From an uncultured Gammaproteobacteria bacterium (GTDB lineage: Bacteria; Patescibacteriota; Patescibacteriia; SG8-24), in contig CAZAOV010000001.1 of the NCBI GenBank assembly GCA_964486995.1, positions 15,697-79,696 on the forward strand: a DNA stretch of 64,000 nucleotides, read 5' to 3'. The notes under the pieces were generated by a model that saw only the letters and a list, made by a program, of their open reading frames with translations, ran no database searches and had not been told where the DNA came from. Shown here piece by piece: positions 27,653 through 35,124 of this stretch. The translations under genes and the position numbers were made by a program. Positions within the stretch are counted from its first letter, which is position 1. The number at the start of each line of letters is the position of its first letter.

Positions 27653-27692
27653 TTATCCACAAATTGGTGCCTGGCACCTATTCTGGGGATAA
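27653..27692. repeat. REP-like palindrome, copy 3 (imperfect)
   Basis: ttatccacaaattggtgcc|tggcacctattctggggataa, 37 bp upstream of the RAYT start. Confidence 0.8.
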
Positions 27693-27739
27693 AATAATTA
27701 AAAAAGACCGGAGCTGTCCGATCTTTTTACTTCTTCTAA

Positions 27740-27949
27740 TTAATCAAACTTCTCCGAGCCGCACCTCTTAGAAACCTCTCCGCGCAACACCTCAATATGC
27801 CGCTTTTCGTCTTCCAAAATATCGCGTAACGCCGCTGCGCTCTCGCAACCTTCGGCCTCGGCGTCTTTTACGTAGTAATTCTCCAGCCGCCACGCATTAT
27901 CCATCTTAGACAGCATCATCTTCACCAAATTGTAGTTAACATTACGCAT
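27740..27949 (-). CDS. Small hypothetical protein
   Basis: 69 aa with an ExxH motif (DEKRHIE), directly downstream of the COG0523 GTPase. Uncertain whether it is real. Confidence 0.3.
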   Translation of the reverse strand: MRNVNYNLVKMMLSKMDNAWRLENYYVKDAEAEGCESAAALRDILEDEKRHIEVLRGEVSKRCGSEKFD

Positions 27950-27969
27950 ACATGAACGGCTTAATCCAA

Positions 27970-28914
27970 TTACGGCTCAATCCTAGCATTTTTCTCCAGC
28001 TCTGTCAGGATAGCTTCCTTGTGTTCTTCGGCATACGGACCGACAAACAAAATCTCGGTCTCTTCAACCTCGCCGGTAAACAACTGCCACGTCACGCGAC
28101 TGAACACCGAATTCATCACCTGCCAGCCGTCGGCCGTGCGAATCAGACCCTTGGCACGCCAAATGTCGCGCGTGTTCATCATCTCCAGCACGGCCTGAAC
28201 CTTGGCTGGATCAAATACACCGTCCGCCGAATGAAAACTGAACGCCTGCATGTGCAGATGTTCGGCATGCTCCAGACCCTCCCCGATTTCATCCGCGGTT
28301 AGCCGCCGCACTGCCGACCCTTCGTCCAAGCCAATCACTGCCTCGACCGGAATCGAACCGTCATTGGTTTTGATGTTGGGCATGTTAGGATAATACTCGA
28401 AAACCAAATCCAATACGTCATCGAGCCGCCGGTCGTCAACCAGGCCAATCTTATTGATTACCGCGAAATCCACGTACTTGGTGTAAGACTGCCGCACTAT
28501 CGGCGGTTCCTCGAATCCACCGAAATTCACCGCGTCAATAACTTCGACCACGCTATCGATAATGATATTGTCGAATCGCTTCAGCTCCATCACGATTGGC
28601 GCTGGATGTGCCGTGCCAGCCGTTTCAATAATCACACGGTCCGGTTTCATCTCCAGAATCTTCTCCATCGCAACTTCTAGCGCACCTATAGCCGTACAGC
28701 ACAGGCAGCCGTTCATGATTTCCTCGGTCTCGATACTCGCTTCGCGCGCCAGCCGGCTGTCGACGTTCACGTCACCATACTCGTTCTTCAGCCAAATCAC
28801 CTGGTAGTCCTCGCTGGCGATTTGCTTGACTAGGCTCATGATGACGGTCGTCTTACCCGAACCTAGCTCCCCCATCACGATGTTGACTGGTGTTTTTCCG
28901 TTTTTCTGTGCCAT
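27970..28914 (-). CDS. CobW/COG0523 family G3E GTPase (putative metallochaperone)
   Basis: P-loop MGELGSGKTTVIMSL, metal-binding GCLCCT, and a C-terminal CobW_C-like region. Confidence 0.85.
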   Translation of the reverse strand: MAQKNGKTPVNIVMGELGSGKTTVIMSLVKQIASEDYQVIWLKNEYGDVNVDSRLAREASIETEEIMNGCLCCTAIGALEVAMEKILEMKPDRVIIETAGTAHPAPIVMELKRFDNIIIDSVVEVIDAVNFGGFEEPPIVRQSYTKYVDFAVINKIGLVDDRRLDDVLDLVFEYYPNMPNIKTNDGSIPVEAVIGLDEGSAVRRLTADEIGEGLEHAEHLHMQAFSFHSADGVFDPAKVQAVLEMMNTRDIWRAKGLIRTADGWQVMNSVFSRVTWQLFTGEVEETEILFVGPYAEEHKEAILTELEKNARIEP

Positions 28915-29007
28915 ATGAGTTGAATATTAGTATCAAATAGTACCTGTCGAAAGGTGGTTTGTACAGGATGATTTCGACTCCGAGCGCATACCCCAACGCC
29001 CAACAAA

Positions 29008-30897
29008 TCACTCGCCAAGCGGGTTGTAACCACCCGAAACCTCTTCTCCGTCCAGATACCCATCGCCGTCTGAATCCGGATTGTTCGGGTCGGTGCCCAA
29101 TTCAACTTCCCGCAAATCCGAAAGACCGTCCTCGTCGGTATCCAACTTATCTGCCGGCACCGCATCAGCCGGTCGTTTCGCGCCCGGATCAACGGCCGGA
29201 TTATCGATTCCCTCCAGCGACACCTCTTGCGACGTGGCCGTATTGGTGCCCTGCGCGAAATCATAACGATCGATGAACGAACTGACCTGCGGCACCCGCA
29301 TCTGGTACTCAAGACGATACTCGCCCAACTCTTCGTCGAGCGAATACCCGAACGACTTACCGGTATAGAGATCATTTGGAATATTCACTACAACGCGAGT
29401 GAACTCATCCGGATTTTCGAACGCGAATGGCGACATAATTTCCAAACCAAGCAATGCATTGAGAGAGGAAGGGTGCCGTCCGTTAATTTCATGATAGTAA
29501 TCCAAGGCATAGCGCAGGTCGCCGATAATACCGGCCTGGTCACGCATCATCTGGTCCTCTTCGGTCCGGCCGCTGGCGGCTTGTATGGCCTGGCCCCAGA
29601 GCAGATATTCTTCTGGCGCCTCCACCTTCACCGGCTGGTTGATATCCTGAAAGGTTAGCTCGGACATGACATCAATCTGCTTCTCATCGAGTGGCGGCAG
29701 CTCGCCCGGTTCGGTCGCCACCGACATCGACATCACGTAAGCGATGGGCAAGTAAGACTCGCGGTCCACGTATAGGTCCGAACGCACGGCATCGAGAATC
29801 TCTCCGATTTGTTCCGCATCAACGCTAAGATTATCGACCAAAGTAGTCCACCGATCTTTCAGAATGTAGAATCGTTCGACTTTCGGGAACAGCTGTTCGC
29901 GCTGATCGTACATGTCGTTCTGAATCAGAGTCAGGCCATCCGGGTCAACCGCCAGCCGAAACAACCATGCTTCACGCCCGAGCGGGTCGCTCGTTCGTTC
30001 TGGTTTGCCGGAAGTCATTACTCCCCTGGCCACCGCCCGCTTAAGCAGTAACTCGATTTCGGCCAGTGGATCCATGCGCCCACTTAAAAACTCATCCGCT
30101 TCCCCATTGCCGTTCAGCTCGTTCTTGTATTTGAACACTTCGATATCCGGCTGATCCGACTCTTCATCTGCACTGCTGGCTTTTATCCAGTTATTTTTTA
30201 GCGGTCCAAGAAAGGTGGAAATTATCGGCGGGATGGTGTCAGCACGCAAATAGACATCTTCATCAACCAACAGCGCCCGACCGGCAATTTCTGCACTTAA
30301 CCCCTCGGTTTCAAAACTGCCGCTCAGTGTTATCTCGCCTTGCGGGGAATCCATGTTGCGGGTCACATCCATGGACAGACTGAAGTCCGCATACAGATCG
30401 GACGGAACCGCACCAAGCGGATTCAGCGACTCTATTTTCTCCATCTGATTTTCCGCGTCATCCGACACAAAGGATAGGATCTTGGTATCTGGTTGGCGTT
30501 CAGTCGTCTTTAGACTAAACCTAGAACCAATCCGAGCCGTTTCTATCTGGTTCAGATTATTAAACGCGTCATTCAGTGTCGGCCGCGGAAAAAGAAGCGG
30601 CAGATTGATATAACCGCGATAGGCGGCAATAATCATGCCGCCAACAATCACCAGCAGCAGTACAGCAACAATCGCGACGATGAGCCCTAAACCGCGTTTC
30701 TTCTTGCCCGTCTGCCCTTTCATGTGTTCTCTGCTGGCAGCTAACACCGAACCGCCAGCCGGTGATGCCGGCGGAATTGTCTCATCAAAAGTCGGCGAAG
30801 CTTCGCCGGTCGGAATTGGCGAAGATGACGGCGTCGGCTGTGTTGCCGGCTCATCGCCCTCCGGCGGAAGAATATTGTCTAGCTGTGTGTCGTCCAT
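29008..30897 (-). CDS. Membrane-anchored extracytoplasmic protein with C-terminal thrombospondin type-3-like Ca-binding repeats
   Basis: Pro/Ser/Thr-rich N-terminus, a single TM (LGLIVAIVAVLLLVIVGGMIIAAY), and C-terminal DKLDTDEDGLSDLREVELGTDPNNPDSDGDGYLDGEEV. Confidence 0.5.
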   Translation of the reverse strand: MDDTQLDNILPPEGDEPATQPTPSSSPIPTGEASPTFDETIPPASPAGGSVLAASREHMKGQTGKKKRGLGLIVAIVAVLLLVIVGGMIIAAYRGYINLPLLFPRPTLNDAFNNLNQIETARIGSRFSLKTTERQPDTKILSFVSDDAENQMEKIESLNPLGAVPSDLYADFSLSMDVTRNMDSPQGEITLSGSFETEGLSAEIAGRALLVDEDVYLRADTIPPIISTFLGPLKNNWIKASSADEESDQPDIEVFKYKNELNGNGEADEFLSGRMDPLAEIELLLKRAVARGVMTSGKPERTSDPLGREAWLFRLAVDPDGLTLIQNDMYDQREQLFPKVERFYILKDRWTTLVDNLSVDAEQIGEILDAVRSDLYVDRESYLPIAYVMSMSVATEPGELPPLDEKQIDVMSELTFQDINQPVKVEAPEEYLLWGQAIQAASGRTEEDQMMRDQAGIIGDLRYALDYYHEINGRHPSSLNALLGLEIMSPFAFENPDEFTRVVVNIPNDLYTGKSFGYSLDEELGEYRLEYQMRVPQVSSFIDRYDFAQGTNTATSQEVSLEGIDNPAVDPGAKRPADAVPADKLDTDEDGLSDLREVELGTDPNNPDSDGDGYLDGEEVSGGYNPLGE

Positions 30898-31041
30898 AAT
30901 ATATAGTAGGTATGTTTGGTGTTATTTTACGTGTTATTAACTTAATCGCCAATTTAATTTGATAACACCCGCTTCTTCGGCTCCACTGCGGGGATGGGGT
31001 CTTGGCTCCAGGCGCGCACCCCAATAAACAAAAAAGAGACC

Positions 31042-31668
31042 TTAGAGGGCCTCTTGAGATCGTCTCTGGCGATAGACAAGCCATAGAATCACCGTCAAAA
31101 GATTCAACAACACCTGCGGCGGAGTCACAATCATCAGCCAGATATTATCGGTCGCAATGCCGTAAACGAGCCAGAATGTCGAGCCGGCCAAGAACACCGA
31201 CAGATAAAAAATATCTGTGTTGCCGGCACTGCGGTTGCGCCATATTTCCAGCGGTTGAGTGCCCACTGCGATAATCAATCCAACTCCGACAACCGTAAAA
31301 AACAATCCTTCGAAGTTATAGAATATCGCTAAGGCCTGCCCCGCAAGCGCGGACACCATGAATAAGATTAGCGGCCAGCCCAAGCTGCGGAACTTGCAAA
31401 TGCCGACCACCAACACTATCTGCGGAATAATCCGTATCGTCGCGGTTAGCATGGCGATACTGCCGATGTCCGCACCGAATGCCGTTTCGGCGACCATGAT
31501 CAGCACGAAGTACGTCGCCGTAAACCACGAAAGAGAATCGGCGTTCTTCCTAGACCAAACGCGATAGCTCTGTCGCGACGCACCGACGATACCGAACACG
31601 CGAATCGCCATCAGTATTACGAACGACACGGTCACCGCGTTCCAACCGAAGTTCTGCAGCTCAATCAT
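31042..31668 (-). CDS. SWEET/PQ-loop-like 7-TM membrane protein, paralog 1
   Basis: Two internal repeats, each a TM bundle followed by a PQ-loop-like motif (SRQSYRVWSRKNADSLS and GTQPLEIWRNRSAGNTD). The preferred start MIELQNFGW is at 31668; the ORF as called runs to 31680. Confidence 0.5.
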   Translation of the reverse strand: MIELQNFGWNAVTVSFVILMAIRVFGIVGASRQSYRVWSRKNADSLSWFTATYFVLIMVAETAFGADIGSIAMLTATIRIIPQIVLVVGICKFRSLGWPLILFMVSALAGQALAIFYNFEGLFFTVVGVGLIIAVGTQPLEIWRNRSAGNTDIFYLSVFLAGSTFWLVYGIATDNIWLMIVTPPQVLLNLLTVILWLVYRQRRSQEAL

Positions 31669-32308
31669 CTTCGGCCACATCTTTTTCGGCGGCCAGACGT
31701 TCCTCGCGCGGCAAGCGATCCCACAGAATAATGGTCACGATGACCACGATTCCGTAAGCCACATTAGAAAGCGGCACGATCAGGTCGCCGATAGCGAAGC
31801 CGTAGATTACCCACACCGTGCAGGTGAACAGCAGCGTCCACAGAAATCTCCGGTCAACCGAACCGCGTGTGCCCTCGCGCGCCATCTCCCATGGTTGCGT
31901 GGCGAGCGCCGCCACATTGCCGATACAAAACGCGAGATAGAACCACTCACGATACGGCAACATGAACATCGCCACCACCGCGCCGCAGAACAGCGCGGTC
32001 AACGCGTATTCATACCAACGAAAACCCTTGTACCACCACAGGCCAGCCAACGCGACCACTGTGAGAATCAACCACGGCAGGTCGCACACCAACGCCAGAC
32101 TGCCGATTTGGAATCCATAGATGATACCGGACGTCATGTACACCGCGGCATAGCTGAACAGAATCACCGACACCGAACGACCGGAGCGGCGCTGCCAGAT
32201 AGTGCGGGTCTGCTTGAACATGCCCCACACGCCCACTGCAGTGGTGACCGCGATGATGCCGAACGTGAGCGTGACCAGGTTCCAACCGAACTGTTCGATC
32301 TCAATCAT
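31661..32308 (-). CDS. SWEET/PQ-loop-like 7-TM membrane protein, paralog 2
   Basis: MIEIEQFGWN...FKQTRTIWQRRSGRSVS...ATQPWEMAREGTRGSVD. RBS ggagg. Overlaps paralog 1 by 8 nt (ATGATTGA). Confidence 0.5.
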   Translation of the reverse strand: MIEIEQFGWNLVTLTFGIIAVTTAVGVWGMFKQTRTIWQRRSGRSVSVILFSYAAVYMTSGIIYGFQIGSLALVCDLPWLILTVVALAGLWWYKGFRWYEYALTALFCGAVVAMFMLPYREWFYLAFCIGNVAALATQPWEMAREGTRGSVDRRFLWTLLFTCTVWVIYGFAIGDLIVPLSNVAYGIVVIVTIILWDRLPREERLAAEKDVAEDD

Positions 32309-32960
32309 CTTCGGCCTCCGTTTCCGCTATGCTAGACGCCCGTACGTGCGCCGGCGCTGGCGGCAGAACGTAGTACAGCACTACCGTGCCGATAACTACC
32401 GTCAGGAACGTCGGGTTCGAAATCGACAGCACCCAATTACCGATAGCAATCGAATACACCGACCAGAATGTCACACCAACCAAAATGGTCCACAGGAATT
32501 GTGCGCTGACCACGCCGCGATGCCCACGACGAAACATCTCCACCGGCTGCGGCACGAACGACAGAATCGCGCCCATCGCCACCACGAAATAAAACGTGTC
32601 CTTGACCGGAACCAGTGCCATCGCCACGATTCCGGCCAGAATCAATCCGGTTGCGACCCATTCCCAGGGCCGATAACCCTTATATTTCAGCAGGCCGATA
32701 CTGACCACCATCTGCAACACCGCACGAAAGCCCATGACGATAAGCGCCAGGCTCTTGATCTCGAGTCCATAGATAAAACCACACGCGAAAAACAACACTC
32801 CGTAGTTCATCATCAGCACCGAAACCGATTCGCCGGACCGCTCGCGCCAGATGGCGATACCCTGCTTAATGAGCCCCCAGAATCCCAGCAGGGCCGTGCA
32901 CATCGCACCGATGAAGCCAACCGTTACCAAATTCCAACCAAACTGCTGAAACTCAATCAT
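32301..32960 (-). CDS. SWEET/PQ-loop-like 7-TM membrane protein, paralog 3
   Basis: MIEFQQFGWN...IKQGIAIWRERSGESVS...VPQPVEMFRRGHRGVVS. RBS gggagagagga before the ATG at 32960; the ORF as called runs to 33065. Overlaps paralog 2 by 8 nt. Confidence 0.5.
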   Translation of the reverse strand: MIEFQQFGWNLVTVGFIGAMCTALLGFWGLIKQGIAIWRERSGESVSVLMMNYGVLFFACGFIYGLEIKSLALIVMGFRAVLQMVVSIGLLKYKGYRPWEWVATGLILAGIVAMALVPVKDTFYFVVAMGAILSFVPQPVEMFRRGHRGVVSAQFLWTILVGVTFWSVYSIAIGNWVLSISNPTFLTVVIGTVVLYYVLPPAPAHVRASSIAETEAEDD

Positions 32961-33122
32961 TCCTCTCTCCCTCTTATAAAGAACGCGGGTAAACCCGTTG
33001 GCAATTAATTTGGCATTTTTGCTTCCATCGGTCAATGCGACCCAATGCGCTTGACAGGTCCGCATCTGCTTGATAAAAATTCAATCTGACACAGTGTCAG
33101 TGCGACAGTTTAAGGAGGAAAG

Positions 33123-33584
33123 ATGCTTGGTCTTATCGTTTCGGCTTGCTACTTTCTTTATCTTGCCTTTATCGGCGGTGACATGAGCACGGAAGCGGCA
33201 TTCCTACAGGCTTCCGGGTTGCTGTACAGTTGGTACTGGGTGGTCAGCATCATCTTCGCGTTTGTTCTCGGCGTGTTCGCCTTGCTCATGATTCTCGGTG
33301 TCGGCGTGGCTGGCAGCGCTGGCGGAGGTTTAGCCTTCGGTGTGATTGGAGCGGCAGTCGGCGGAGTAGGCGGCATGACGGCCGGTGGTCTGCTCATGGC
33401 GCTCTCCTTGGCTGGATTCGTAGTCAGATGTGCCTTTCTGATCGGCGGTGCCTATCTCCTGATGACCGCCGGAAGCGCCGACATGGCATTCGCGGATTTC
33501 GAAATGTGGCGAATCGGTGTCGGCGCAGCGCTAATCTTTCTCGGCATCATTCTTCGCGATAGCAGCAGATCGTCGGACGACTAG
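33123..33584 (+). CDS. Small Gly/Ala-rich integral membrane protein, hypothetical
   Basis: RBS aaggagga; 3 to 4 TM helices; terminator immediately downstream. Confidence 0.45.
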   Translation: MLGLIVSACYFLYLAFIGGDMSTEAAFLQASGLLYSWYWVVSIIFAFVLGVFALLMILGVGVAGSAGGGLAFGVIGAAVGGVGGMTAGGLLMALSLAGFVVRCAFLIGGAYLLMTAGSADMAFADFEMWRIGVGAALIFLGIILRDSSRSSDD

Positions 33585-33589
33585 GGGGA

Positions 33590-33620
33590 TACCCGCACTT
33601 TTATGTGCGGGTTTTTGTTT
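33590..33620 (+). terminator. Rho-independent terminator
   Basis: acccgcacttttatgtgcgggt hairpin followed by ttttgttt. Confidence 0.6.
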
Positions 33621-33849
33621 GGGATCATGGGGTATGGGGGCGGCTGTGGAATTGCCGGGTTGTTTGGTTTTTGAGTTTCTGGCGGCGTGCTGAGGAGGAT
33701 AGTCCCGAGCCGTAGGCGTATGCAAAGCAACATGACCACTTTTTGGGCCCGGCCCAAAAAGTGGTCATGTTTCTGCGGCCAAAGACGTGGTCCCAAAATT
33801 CAAAAACCACCGCCGGATAAAGCGGTGGATCACAAGACAGCAGAAACGT

Positions 33850-34230
33850 TCACCCAACCAACTCCCCTATCTTCTCCAAAACTTCGGCAAACGAAACCTG
33901 CGTCTTAATCATGTACAAATCCGCACCAGCCTCAGTCGCCCGGTCGATATCCTCTGGCTGCGACAACTTAGTCAACACAACCACCGGCACACCAAACGTC
34001 TCCTTAACGACCCGAATCAGTTCAAACCCATCATGCCCAGGTACCATCGGCTCCAACAATACCAAGTCCGGCCTCAACGAACCCAACATTCCATGTAATT
34101 CATCAACGCTAGTCGTGTAGTGCGGATCATAACCCGCGCGCTCCAGTTTATTCGCGTATATCCGAACCAAAAACTCGTCCTGATCAAATATGAGAATTTT
34201 ATTGCGCGGCAATTCGATTTCCATATACAC
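33850..34230 (-). CDS. Single-domain response regulator (CheY-like receiver)
   Basis: ILIFDQDE...DLVLLEPMVPGHDGFEL...VVVLTK: receiver Asp pocket, phospho-acceptor Asp, conserved Thr and Lys. Confidence 0.8.
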   Translation of the reverse strand: MYMEIELPRNKILIFDQDEFLVRIYANKLERAGYDPHYTTSVDELHGMLGSLRPDLVLLEPMVPGHDGFELIRVVKETFGVPVVVLTKLSQPEDIDRATEAGADLYMIKTQVSFAEVLEKIGELVG

Positions 34231-34692
34231 CTACATTATCTCAATAAACGGCGGCTCCTCGGCCGCGATATTCTGATCGCGCAAATCCAACGCCCGAATC
34301 AAGTCCGGCACGATTTTGAACAGGACATAATCATCATTACCGATATGCAGAATCGGTGGCCAAACATCTTTGAGGCCCGCACCGGCCGCAGCCACCGCAT
34401 CCAACCGCTCCTGACGCTCCTGTTCATCAGTCACTCGCTCGGCCCGACCGCGCATCTGCACATATATAGGCAAGGCGCTGCCGATACTTAATGAAACCAC
34501 CGGATTCTGCTCCAAATTCCTAACCTTGGAGGTGTTCTTCCGAGTGACAAAATAAACATTGAAGTCATCGTCAACCGCATACACCACAGTCGCGGCATGC
34601 GGCAAGCCATCCGAAGATACGGTCGCCAAAGCCGCCAACCGATTATTTTTCAAGCTATCCAACACCAACTTTTTCAGCTCTTGGTCCGCCAT
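34231..34692 (-). CDS. Pyridoxamine 5'-phosphate oxidase-like FMN-binding protein (general stress protein 26 family)
   Basis: LAALATVSSDGLPHAATVVYAVDDDFNVYFVTRKNTSKVRNLEQNPVVSLSI. Confidence 0.65.
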   Translation of the reverse strand: MADQELKKLVLDSLKNNRLAALATVSSDGLPHAATVVYAVDDDFNVYFVTRKNTSKVRNLEQNPVVSLSIGSALPIYVQMRGRAERVTDEQERQERLDAVAAAGAGLKDVWPPILHIGNDDYVLFKIVPDLIRALDLRDQNIAAEEPPFIEIM

Positions 34693-34693
34693 A

Positions 34694-35086
34694 TTATTTC
34701 TTCTTGCCCTTAAGTAATTCCTCCACCTTGTCTGAGATGCTTTTCAGACTGACGTCAGACTTAACCAGATAATCATTCGCGCCAAGATCTTCACAGCGCT
34801 TGATTTCTTCGGCTTGTCCCAAATTGGACAATATTAATACCGGAATATCGCGTGTATCTTTGTTCAGCTTCAGATTGCTTAACACTTGGAAGCCGCTCAT
34901 TACCGGCAGCATCAAATCAAGCAGGATTATATCCGGCGTGTCTTCGGCCGTCTTATCGAGCGCAGACTGACCATCCTTCGCCAAGGCCGTTTCATAACCC
35001 TCCTGGTCGAATTTCGAAGTCAGCGCCTTGGCCAAAAGCAAGTCATCCTCTACGATAAGCACCTTTTTAGCTTTTTTTGCAGGCAT
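34694..35086 (-). CDS. Single-domain response regulator (CheY-like receiver)
   Basis: KKVLIVEDDLLLAKAL...DIILLDLMLPVMSGFQVL...VLILSN...DYLVK. Confidence 0.8.
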   Translation of the reverse strand: MPAKKAKKVLIVEDDLLLAKALTSKFDQEGYETALAKDGQSALDKTAEDTPDIILLDLMLPVMSGFQVLSNLKLNKDTRDIPVLILSNLGQAEEIKRCEDLGANDYLVKSDVSLKSISDKVEELLKGKKK

Positions 35087-35124
35087 AGTCTCTTATATAA
35101 ATTATTCTAATTACATTATACAGG

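Noticed and set aside
32202-33008. 268-aa plus-strand ORF over the SWEET-like paralogs
   Set aside because: It is antisense. The protein is His/Arg-rich low complexity, whereas the minus-strand frames give hydrophobic TM proteins with RBSs.
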